Origin: Anaeramoeba ignava BMAN | Taxonomy: Eukaryota; Protista; Anaeramoebae | Length of the DNA stretch: 64,000 nucleotides | Direction of reading: 5' to 3' | Assembly (NCBI GenBank): GCA_028826165.1 | Contig: JAPDFW010000144.1 | Span: 47,001 to 111,000, forward strand | In this document: piece by piece, positions 14,253 through 26,000 of the stretch | Numbering within the stretch: the first letter of the stretch is position 1 | Layout of the letters: every line of letters starts with the position of its first letter | Made by a program: the position numbers and the translations under genes | Notes under the pieces: model-generated | Told to the model about the DNA's origin: nothing | Database searches by the model: none | The model's input: the letters and a program-made list of their open reading frames with translations, nothing else

Positions 14253-14630
14253 TTGAATTTGCTTTTTAAAATTGTTTGTCAAAATGGAAAAATGAAAAAA
14301 AATTTTTTTTTTTTAAATTAAAAAAATTTATTTCTTTCATTTGATTATTTGACAATTTCTTATTTAGATTTTTATTTCTTGCATTCCAATGGAACAAAAT
14401 TTTATAATAAAAATATTTTTTTTAATTAAAAAAATAAATAGAAAATTTTGCTCATAAAAAATGCTTTATTTTTGAACTTAAAAAATGAAAAAAAAAAAAT
14501 TAAATTAAAAAAAAATTTTAATTAAAAAAATTCGTTAAAAAAATAAATTAAAATTTTAATTTAAACAATCCACTTTTTTTTTTCAAATTTATTTCTATTT
14601 TTTTTTAATAAAAATAATAATAAAAATCAA

Positions 14631-17309
14631 ATGGGAATAAAAGGTTTAACAAATCAAATTAAAGAAAAAGCACCAGAATCAGTTAGAGTTGAACAATTAA
14701 AGAATTATTTTGGAAGAATAATTGCAATAGATGCATCAACAGCAATTTATCAATTTTTAATAGCAGTAAGAACAGGAGAAGATGGAAATCAATTAAAAAA
14801 TCAAATGGGAGAAGTAACAAGTCATCTTCAAGGAATGTTTTATAGAACTATTAGATTAATTGTTAACGGAATCAAACCTGTTTATGTTTTTGATGGAAAA
14901 GCTCCTGAATTTAAATCAGAAGAACTTGCTAAAAGAAGAGAAAAAAGAGAAAAAGCTCAAGCTGATTTTGAAAAAGCAAAAGAAGCTGGTGATTCAATTT
15001 CATCTGCTAAATTTCAAAAAAGAACCGTTAGAGCTACAAAAGAACATGTTGAAGATTGCAAAAGACTTTTAAAATTAATGGGAATTCCATATATTGAAGG
15101 TATTTATTAAAATCAAAATGAAAATCAAAATCAAAATTAAAATCAAAATGAAAATCAAAATCAAAATCAAAATTAAAATCTAAATCAAAATTAAAATCTA
15201 AATCAAAATTAAAATCAAAATATAAATTAAAATCAAAATATAAATCAAAATCAAAATTAAAATCAAAATCAAAATCAAAATCTAAATCAAAATTAAAATC
15301 TAAATCAAAATTAAAATCAAAATATAAATTAAAATCAAAATATAAATCAAAATCAAAATTAAAATCAAAATATAAATCAAAATTAAAATTAAAATCAAAA
15401 TCAAAATCAAAATTAAAATTAAAATTAAAATCAAAATCAAAATCAAAATCAAAATTAAAATCAAAATCAAAATATAAATTAAAATCTAAATCAAAATCAA
15501 AATCTAAATCAAAATCTAAATCAAAATATAAATTAAAATCAAAATATAAATCAAAATTAAAATCAAAATTAAAATCAAAATCAAAATCAAAATCAAAATC
15601 AAAATCAAAATCAAAATCAAAATCAAAATCAAAATCAAAATCAAAATCAAAATCAAAATTAAAATCTAAATCAAAATCAAAATCAAAATTAAAATCAAAA
15701 TCAAAATCAAAATCAAAATCAAAATCAAATTTAAATCAAAATCAAAATCAAAATCAAAATCAAAATCAAAATCAAAATCAAAATCAAAATCAAAATCAAA
15801 ATCAAAATCAAAATCAAAATCAAAATCTAAATCAAAATCAAAATCAAAATCAAAATCAAAATCAAAATAAAAATTAAAATCTAAATCTAAATCAAAATCA
15901 AAATCAAAATTAAAATCAAAATCTAAATCAAAATCAAAATATAAATTAAAATCTAAATCTAAATCAAAATCAAAATATAAATTAAAATCAAAATTAAAAT
16001 CAAAATCAAAATCTAAATCAAAATTAAAATCAAAATATAAATCAAAATCTAAATTAAAATCAAAATCTAAATTAAAATCAAAATTAAAATTAAAATCAAA
16101 ATTAAAATTCAAATTCAAATTGAAATTCAAAATCAATATTAAAATTAAAATCAATATTAAAATCAAAATTATTTTTCTCTTGGAAATAAAAAGCACCATC
16201 TGAAGCAGAAGCACAATGTGCAGTATTATGCAAATCAAAAAAAGTATATGCAGTAGCATCAGAAGATATGGACACACTTACATTTGGATCACCACGAATG
16301 ATTAGAAACTTAACATCATCACAAGCAAAACAAAAGCAAATATTAGAATTTGATCTTGAGAAAGTATTGAAATCATTCAAATTAACAATGGATCAATTTA
16401 TTGATTTTTCAATTCTTTGTGGATGCGATTATACTGATACAATCGCAGGAGTTGGGAAATAAAAGAGCATTAGAATTAATCCAAAAACACAAAAATATTG
16501 AGAAAATTTTGAAGGCAATTGCTTCTCATAAAGCTTATAGAGTTTCTGAAAATTTCCGTTATGAAGAAGCTAGAAATTTATTTAAAAATCCACAAGTTAT
16601 TGATCCAAATGAAATCACTTTTAAATGGAGTGATCCTGATCCTCAAGGTTTGATTGAATATTTATGTAAAGAAAAAGGTTTTCAACAAGAAAGAATAGAA
16701 AAGGGAATTGAAAAATTACAAAAAGCTAGAAAGGAACCTGTTCAATCTCGTTTAGATTCTTTTTTTTCAATGAGAAATCAACAAAAACCACAAAATAATC
16801 AAAAACAAAATAATCAAAAACCAAAAATAATCAAAGAGAAAAAGAACAAAAAGAAAAAGAACAAAAAGAAAAAGAACAAAAAGAAAAAGAACAAAAAAAA
16901 GAACAAAGAGAAAAAGAAGAACAAGAAAAAGAACAAAAACAAAAAGAAAAAGAACAAAAACAAAAAGAAAAAGAACAAAAACAAAAAGAACAAAAAAAAG
17001 AACAAAAAGAAAAAGAACAAAGAGAAAAAGAACAAAGAGAAAAAGAACAAAAAGTGGATCAAAAAGTGGATCAAAAAGAACAAAAAGAAAAAGAAAAAGA
17101 AAATAAAAAAGAAAAACGAAAAAATCATTCAAAGAAAAGAAAGAAAAAAAAAGATTTGAAAAAAGTAACAAATTCCCTTTTTTCTTTTTTTTTTAAATTT
17201 ATTGTTAATTTTTTAAATTTTTTTTAATTTTTTTTAATTTTAGGATTCAGTCAAAAAGGAAAAACAACAAAAACAAAAAAGAAAAACCCGATCTTCAAAA
17301 AGAAAATAA
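14631..17309 (+). CDS. FEN1: Flap endonuclease 1; introns 15100-16193 and probably 17165-17243; apparent frameshifts near 16455 and in the charged tail
   Basis: [37 protein letters not shown]|[27 protein letters not shown] and the PIP box QSRLDSFF. Confidence 0.95.
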
Positions 17310-17630
17310 TTGATTTACATTTTTTCTTATTTGATTGATCTTGAAATTTTTTTTCCTTTTCTTCAATTTCTTTTCAAATCAAAATTAAAAAAAAAACAAA
17401 TCAAAATAAAAATTTAATCAAAAAAACAATTTTTTTTTTCAAAATCTAAAATTAAAAAAAAAAAGGAGAATGAGAAAAAGAAAAGAAAAAAAGAAAAGAA
17501 AAGAAAAGAAAAGAAAAAAGAATTTTCAATTAAAAAATTTTTTTTATTCAAATAATTTTTTTTCATTTTTTTTTTAATAAAATTAGAATAAGAAAAAAAA
17601 AATTTATATATTAAAATAATTATAATTAAA

Positions 17631-20600
17631 ATGGAACCACTTTCACTTCTTGATATTTGTTGTAGAGAAATATCACGACACAAAGAACTTTATCGAGAAA
17701 TTCGAAAACTACCATATGATTTGCGAGAATATATACTAGAATGGATTCGTTCAAGACATATGTTAACAGATAATAATGTATCCGATTTTGTTCATCCTCA
17801 AATTGAAAGATTAAAATTGGCTAATAATTTTATGATTTCTGATCTTGGAATTGAACAAATTGCTCTTTTTGTTAATCTTTCTTTAAAATACCTTGATTTA
17901 TCTGGTTGTAATTTAACAGATAAATCCATATTTATGTTATCTGATTTGATTAGTTGTTTAAGTTCTATTAATATATCCTTTTTTATAAATTTAACTGAAA
18001 TTCAAAAATAAATATTCAAAATATTCAAAATATTCAATATATTCAAATATAAATATTCAAAATATTCAAAATATTCAAATATAAATATTCAAAATAAATA
18101 TTCAAAATATTCAAAAATAAATATTCAAAATATTCAATATAAATATTCAATATAAATATTCAATAATAAATATTCAAAATATTCAAAATATTCAAAAATA
18201 AATATTCAAAAATAAATATTCAATATAAATATTCAAAATAAATATTCAAAAATAAATATTCAAAAATAAATATTCAAAAATAAATATTAAAAATAAATAT
18301 TCAATATATTCAATATAAATATTCAATATAAATATTCAAAATATTCAAATATTCAAAAATAAATATTCAAAATATTCAAAATAAATATTCAAAAATAAAT
18401 ATTCAAAAATAAATATTCAAAAATAAATATTCAAAATATTCAAAATATTCAAAATATAAATATTCAAAATATTCAAATATTCAATATTCAAAATAAATAT
18501 TCAAAATATTCAAAATATTCAAAATAAATATTCAAAAATAAATATTCAAAATATTCAAAAATAAATATTCAAAATATTCAATATAAATATTCAAAATATT
18601 CAATATAAATATTCAAAATAAATATTCAAAATAAATATTCAAAAATAAATATTCAAAATAAATATTCAATATAAATATTCAAAATAAATATTCAAAATAT
18701 TTCAATATAAATATTCAAAATAAATATTCAATATAAATATTTAAAAATAAATATTCAAAATATTCAATATAAATATTCAAAAATAAATATTCAAAATATT
18801 CAAAATAAATATTCAAAAATAAATATTCAATAATAAATATCCAAAATTTCCTTGATATTCCTTTTCATTTATTACTTATCCAGAATTGAAAATATCACAG
18901 ATAAAGGAATTGAACAATTAACAAAAAAATCAAAAGATTTAACTGAATTAATCCTTTCAGGTTGTTTAAAAATTACAGATCAAGTAAAATATTAAAAATA
19001 TTAAAAATATCAAAAATATTAAAATTATTAAAATTATTAAAATTATTAAAAATATTAAAAATATTAAAAATATTAAAAATATTAAAAATATCAAAAATAT
19101 TAAAAATATTAAAAATATTAAAAATATTAAAAATATTAAAAATATTAAAAATATCAAAAATATTAAAATTATTAAAAATATTAAAATTATTAAAAATTAA
19201 AAAGATAAAAAAATATGAAAAATATTAAAAAAATCAAAATATTAAAAATATTAAAAATATTAAAAATATCAAAAATATTAAAATATTAAAAATATTAAAA
19301 ATATTAAAAATATTAAAAATATTAAAAATATTAAAAATATTAAAAATATTAAAAATATTAAAAATATTAAAAATATTAAAAATATTAAAAATATTAAAAA
19401 TATCAAAAATATCAAAAATATCAAAAATATTAAAAATATCAAAAATATTAAAAATATTAAAAATATTAAAAATATTAAAAATATCAAAATTAGTCTGTAG
19501 TTTATATTACAAATAATTGCTATAATTTATGCTCTCTTGATTTGGCTTATTGCTCTGCAATAACAGATAAAAGTATTGGCTTAATATCTCAAAATTGTAA
19601 AAATTTAAAATCTTTGTTTATTTCTGGTTGTACTGAAATTTCTAAACAAGGTTTTATAGAACTTTCCAAAAATCTTCCAAACCTTATGTAAATAAAATTG
19701 GAAAATTATTAATTGCAAAAAAATTATTCATAAAAAATTTGTGTTTGTGAAAAAAAACAAAGAATTCTTTCACTTGGAAAATGTCAAAAAATTGATGATA
19801 ATATTGTTGAATTAATGATGGAAAATTTTTCACAAATAAGAGAATTGGATTTTAATAATTGCACTTTAATAACTGATAAAGCAGTTAATGCGATATCAAC
19901 AAAATGCACTTTATTAGAAACATTATCACTTTCTGGATGCACAAGAATTACAGATAAAGGAATTACTGATTTGAGTGTTTCTTGCAAAAAAATTAAAATT
20001 CTTCTTCTTCAAAATTGCGAATTAATTTCAGATTTTTCAATAATTGAAATTTCAAAAAATTGCAAACTTTCAAGATTAGATGTTTCATATTGTATTAATT
20101 TAACAGATTTCTCAATAAATGCCATTTCGGAAAATTGCTCAAATTCATTAAAATCACTGAATATCACTGGATGTGATAAAATTACAGTTCCAGTTATTGA
20201 AGAAAAGATAACAAAATTATCACGATTGAAAGTATTGAATTTACCACAAAATTCGCAAATTGGTGACAAAACTATCGAAAAAATTGCATATTTATTGAGA
20301 AAACTTGTTCGTTTACAATTAAGAGGATTAGAAATTACACAAAATTCAATCACTTCAATTGTTAAATATTGTCCCAATTTACGAGTAAATTTGAATAATA
20401 TTTAAATTATTTAAAACATTGAAAATATTCAAATTAAAATAATTACAAAAAAAAAAAAGATATTAATTTTATCGTGGTGCTCAAGAATTAATGAAGGAGA
20501 TATATTGTTCTGGGAAAATGTTCCATATCTTCATCAACTCAAAACACTTGATCTTTCATGGTCAGAATTTTCAGAGGAATTCATTCATCAAATTTCATCT

Positions 20601-20942
20601 AGAGCGCCTTGGCTATTAACTTTGAAATTATATGGATGTCGGCAAATTGATGATAGAGCAATTTCAATTATTGTGAAAAATTGTTCTTTCTTAACAACAA
20701 TTCAATTATATGGATGCAAATTACTAACAGATCAATCCATTTTATTTATCGCTGAAAATTGTCCAAATTTAGAATTTCTTGATTTTAATCAATGCTTCAG
20801 AATTACTGATAAATCCATTCTTAAACTTATTGAATGCTCTCATAATCTTCAAGTTCTTCATTGTAGAAGTTGTCCTTTGATTTCAAATGATGCTTTAAAT
20901 GAATTGAAAATGAAAATTCCTTTTTGCGAAATTAATGTTTAG
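17631..20942 (+). CDS. Cys-containing LRR protein (AMN1/FBXL-like), 5 exons; introns 17973-18875 (AT-AC), 18984-19493, 19688-19762, 20385-20459
   Basis: N-terminus PLSLLDICC..LPYDLREYIL, then many LxxLxLSGCxxITDxxI repeats. All four splices keep the frame and the LRR register. Confidence 0.85.
17973..18875 (+). other. U12-type (minor spliceosome) AT-AC intron
   Basis: Donor ATATCCTTT, branch TTTCCTTGAT at 18847-18856, acceptor TTAC. Splicing gives SSIN|LSRIENITDKGIEQL. Confidence 0.9.
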
Positions 20943-21027
20943 TTGATTTTGTTAATTTTTGATTTTGTAAAAACAAAATTTAATTAATAAATTTAAAATC
21001 TAAAAATCATTTTTTTACTTTTTAAAA

Positions 21028-22836
21028 ATGAATGAAATTATATTTTTTGGTGAAAATGAATTTTTAAAACTTATCAAAAATAAACCAAATAAAATAACAA
21101 AACCAATTCAATTTAAATTTGAAAATGAAAATGAAAATGAAAATGAAAATGAAAAACAAATTAAACAAATTTCATCAGGTTATTTTTCAACAATTTTCCT
21201 TTTTAAAAATGGAAAAGCAATAGAATATTTAACTGAAAATGATTTAAATCAAAATCCTGAAAAAATCCAAATTGAAGAAAATATTCAAAAAGTAACTGTT
21301 GGTTGGCAAAATGAAGCTATTTTAACAAAAGAAGGAAATGTATTTGCAAAAGGAAGTTATATCGACCCAAAAAATCCAAATGAATTTATCAATATTTCAT
21401 CATTAATTGAAGATAAAAATGATAGAATAATTGAAGATATTGTTTGTGGTTGGTGTTCAATTTACTTATTAACTTCAAATCAAAATGCTTATGGAATTGG
21501 TTCAAATGAATCTAGTCAAATTGGTATTAAAATACCGAAATATGTTAAAAAACCAATTTTAATGATGAAAAATGTTTCTAAAATATTTTCAGGAAATGCT
21601 TCAATTTTTGTTTTTCTTTTAAATTCAAATCAACAATTATTTGGTTGTGGCCAATTTGATTTAGGAAAAGATGAAATAAAATTCAATAAATTAACCAAAA
21701 TACAAAATATTCCAAAAGGCAAAATAATTGATATTCAGTCTGGATATTTCCATTCAATAATGTTGATTGAAGATGAAAATCAAAAAAGAAAACTTTATTC
21801 ATGTGGAGATTATGAATATAATGGACTTGATAAAAAATTTGGACAAAGTACAAAAGAATTTACTGAAATTAAATCATCTTTATTTGAAAATGATGATAAT
21901 ATTCTTGAAATTTCTGTTGGGCACAACCATACTTTGATTTTAACTTCCAAAGGGAAAATAATTTCATTTGGAAATAATGATTTTGGTCAATTAGGAACTG
22001 GAGATACAGAATATCAATCAATTCCAATTCAAATTGAACTTCCTAAATTAAGATTTAATGAAGATATTTCCAATTATCATATTTCTTGTGGTGCTTACAA
22101 ATCATTTCTTTATTATTCTCCTCTTTCTTTTTCCAATCTTGAAGAAGATTTGATAAAACTATTTGAAAGAAAAGAATTTTGTAATATTTCATTTAAAACC
22201 AAAAATGGAGAAGTAATTGAAGCTCATAAATTAATATTAAAATATAGATTAAATCAAAATGAAAATCAAATTGAAAAACTTCAAGAAATTATTTCAAAAA
22301 AATCAATTAAAGAATCAAATCAAATATTTGAAATGATTTATTCAAACAGAATAATAAATCCAATATTATATTCTGAAATTAAAGAAATTATAAATTCAAA
22401 TGAAAAAATAGAAGAAACAATTAAAAGAATTTATTTAAATGAAAATGAAAATGATTTTATAATTGAAAGAAAAGAAAAACAATATAAATTTCCAAAATTA
22501 ATATTAATAATGAGAAGTGAATTATATCGAGGAATGTTTTTATCTGTAACTGAAGATAAATCTAATAAAGTTACAGATTATAGTGAATTAAGTAATAAAT
22601 CATTTCAAATATTTGAATATTGGATTTATTCAAATCAAATTAAAGAAGGAATTCAAATTACACAAGAAATAATTGATGAAATTCAAACAGGAATTGATTA
22701 TTTTCAATTAAATCAAACAAATCCAAATTTATTTGATTTATTAATTAACAAATTTAATAATCAAAATCAAAATCAAATTAATAATCAAAATCAAAATGAA
22801 AACAAAAAAGAAAAAGAAAATTGTTTAATTTTTTAA
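21028..22836 (+). CDS. RCC1-repeat + BTB/POZ protein with C-terminal CaaX motif (CLIF)
   Basis: VGHNHTLIL..FGNNDFGQLGTG RCC1 blades; FCNISF..IEAHKLIL and a second BTB-like segment (FPKLILIMRSELYRGMF). Confidence 0.85.
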   Translation: MNEIIFFGENEFLKLIKNKPNKITKPIQFKFENENENENENEKQIKQISSGYFSTIFLFKNGKAIEYLTENDLNQNPEKIQIEENIQKVTVGWQNEAILTKEGNVFAKGSYIDPKNPNEFINISSLIEDKNDRIIEDIVCGWCSIYLLTSNQNAYGIGSNESSQIGIKIPKYVKKPILMMKNVSKIFSGNASIFVFLLNSNQQLFGCGQFDLGKDEIKFNKLTKIQNIPKGKIIDIQSGYFHSIMLIEDENQKRKLYSCGDYEYNGLDKKFGQSTKEFTEIKSSLFENDDNILEISVGHNHTLILTSKGKIISFGNNDFGQLGTGDTEYQSIPIQIELPKLRFNEDISNYHISCGAYKSFLYYSPLSFSNLEEDLIKLFERKEFCNISFKTKNGEVIEAHKLILKYRLNQNENQIEKLQEIISKKSIKESNQIFEMIYSNRIINPILYSEIKEIINSNEKIEETIKRIYLNENENDFIIERKEKQYKFPKLILIMRSELYRGMFLSVTEDKSNKVTDYSELSNKSFQIFEYWIYSNQIKEGIQITQEIIDEIQTGIDYFQLNQTNPNLFDLLINKFNNQNQNQINNQNQNENKKEKENCLIF

Positions 22837-23010
22837 ACAAGAAATGAAAATTAAAATTAATAATCAAAATCAAAATGAAAAAGAAAAAGAAAAAGAAAAT
22901 TGTTTAATTTTTTAAACAAATGAAAAATCCAAAAAAATTAAAAAAAAAATTTTTTTTCTTTTTTCATTTTGATTTATTTTTTTTTAACCATCTTTTCAAA
23001 CACATAAATT

Positions 23011-26000
23011 ATGAAGTTGATTAACTTTTCTTTTTTAATTTATTTTTTGGCAATTCTCTTTCTTATTTACAGTAAAAAAAATCAAATCAAAAAAAAACGT
23101 TATTAAGAAAAATTTAATTGAGAAATTATGTTTTTCTTTCTTTTTAGAAACAAATTGTGCTGAACTTCCTTTACCAACAAATTACGAAGAAATTGAAAGT
23201 AATAATACATATTATTTTGTACCAGGAAATACTTATTCTAATTATTCTACTGTTAATGAACAGGAAAATGTAAAAAGAAATTGATTCGTAACTTTTACTT
23301 AGATTAACTTTTTTTTTCAAAATTTTTTAATTGAATTTTGAATAGATAAACATTACGTGCCAAGAACCTTTGAACGAACCAACAACATTTACGGGTTTAA
23401 TTCAAGTAAAAACAATTAAAAAATTACTCTTTGAAATATTTTTTTGTTTAAATTTATTGTTTTCTTTTTGGAATTTTGAATCGGAAAATATTCAAAATCA
23501 AATAGTTCAATCTAGTTAATAATACTCGAATTAATACTTCAAATTGTGGTTCAAATTTGACTTTCTCAGCTCAAGTTATTGTACATACATCAAACCCTGT
23601 GATTTTTGATCATGTGAATTTTAGTGGTAAAGCTCAAATTTCTTCCACCTCTTCATTTTGTTATTTGTATAATTGCGATATAAGTGGAGTGACTAGATCT
23701 GTAGAAGAAAAGTTTATTCTTTCACAAGATTCTTCTTTTCTGATTGAATCTTTGATTAGTTCAAATGATAATTCTTTTCAAAATTTTGATTTTAGCCTTA
23801 GTATTAACCCGCCCAAAAATATTACGATAAATAATTGTGATGGAAATTTTAATTTAATAGTTGATGGAATCTCAACTTATTTATCTGAATGTGTTCCTTT
23901 AGCGCTGACAATAAAGGATACAGATGTAACAATAACTAATGGCGATTTAAAAATGAAAAATTTAACTCTCTATGAAGACTCTTCGATTTTTGGAGATGTT
24001 TTAAATGTTAATGAATCAATTTCTATTTATGGAGATGCTTCCAATTCAAAAATTATTTCTGCTTCTCTTTATTTTAATGGAACAAATTTTTTTAGTGAAG
24101 ATACAAAAGTCGAGATTCAAAATAATTTTTCCATTTTTTCTTCATCTTGTAATTTTCAAACATCAGATCTATTTTTGATAGTGAATAATACAACTTTAGA
24201 AATCAATGATTCATTAACAATTAGAAGAATTGATTTTATTAATTCCGCTTCATTGCATGGTTCAGCAACTCTTCAAGTTTCAGATAATATTTTTTTCAAT
24301 TCATCAGACACTAAAACAATTGCTTCTCCTTTAAAGGTGTTAAATTTAAATAACAACGAAACCACTGATAATGGCTTGATTCATATTTATGATCAATTTT
24401 TCATCAGTACTTCTCTTCCCTCAGTTCATCTTCCATCTATTCTTTTTCAAAATTCTGAAGTAAATCTGGAACTATATTCCCAGAACGGAAGCACAAATTA
24501 TACAATGACAATCTTGCGAACTGATCGAGGAACTATTATTGGCAATAATACTAATTTTTTAGTTGTTACAAGCCAAACAACCTTCAATTCAGACTCAATA
24601 TTGAATAACATCACAATTGATTCACAAAACACAAAATTTACGGGAAATGGATCCATTGAGTTTCAAAATTCTGCTCAATTTTATACATCATTAGCAAATT
24701 CTGAACCAGGTTCTCTTTTTACTCTTTTTGGAAATGGATCCTTTATTCCAGATGAATTGATTATTAATGGTAGTTTATTTTTTGATGGTATTTTTCAAGG
24801 AAAAAATATCCAAATCACAGCAAATGGAAAATTAGAATTTTCAAATGTTGATTCCTCAGTTTTTAACAAAACAAATATTACATTAAATGGGTATTTAACG
24901 ATTCGAAATTCTATAATTTATGATCCTTTGACAAATTTCAGTTGTGATTCAGAAAATGAATATCCATTAAGCATAATAGATGCGAGTTTGATTTTTTTGG
25001 AAAATCAACCTTTCCTTCCTTCGATGAAAATGGAAAATTCAAACATAACTCATTTCAATTCAACTTTAAAGGGTCTTTTTCTTGAAGGATATAATATTCT
25101 TAATGCTTCTAATTTAACATTCCAAAATGGCCAAATTCAAGCAAAAGAAAATTCAGAATCATTTCTCGATTTTGTTTCCTTCTCAACTGTTTTTTTTGGT
25201 TCTTCTTCAGGATTTAATTTGAATTCAAATTCCATTCTCACAATTTTTTCTTCAGATAACTCAACACCTTATTTATTTTCTTCTTGGACAAACAATGTCT
25301 TCTGTTATATTGTCAATGATTCTTCACTTAAACTGCAAAACCTAAGTTTCGAAATGAATGCTAATTTTATTGTCGATTCAAGTAGTAATATTTTAGTAAA
25401 TCAATCTTTTTTCAAAATTAATAGCTCAAATGAAGATTTTATTGGAACACTGTATATTGTGGGGTTCTATTCAGAAGTTGAATTAGAAAGTTATTTTATT
25501 TTGAAAAATCTGAATATTTCACAAGGAAAATTCACATTCACTACCATCAGAGCAAACGAAACTGATTCTTCTTTGATTTTTGGAGATGGAACAAGCAATG
25601 AAGTAATTATTAACGAGAACACAATTGAGCAATCAATAATTCAATCACAAGGATACATTGAAATCAATAATAACACTATTATCCATAATATTAAATTCGA
25701 GATGAGGGATTCTTCTCATCTTGTTATCAAAACATTCAATATAACAGATACAAAAAGTTCATCCAAAATTGAAAATCAAGGATTAATTACAGTATTTCAA
25801 AACGAACCTTCACTAATTAATGAAAAAAAGCAAGGATATAACCTCAATGAAGAATTCGATGGAATCTTTTTTAATTTTTCTTTGGATAATCAACAAAACG
25901 GAACTCTCAATTTTTCTGACAATATTCAGTTCAATCAAGAGTTTTCTTGTTCAGGTCTTTTTGAATCAGCAAACAACATGAATTTTGAAAAAGGGTTAAT

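Noticed and set aside
16780-17159. Poly-Lys/Asn tail on FEN1
   Set aside because: Probably the wrong frame of an EQKEK repeat after an indel; a downstream exon at 17244-17309 gives a plausible end.
15666-19487. ORFs of poly-(IL), (DF), (IFL), (YI) and similar ones at 40.3-47 kb, 49-51 kb and 58.6-60.4 kb
   Set aside because: Stop-free frames of intronic microsatellites, or antisense and alternate frames of real genes.
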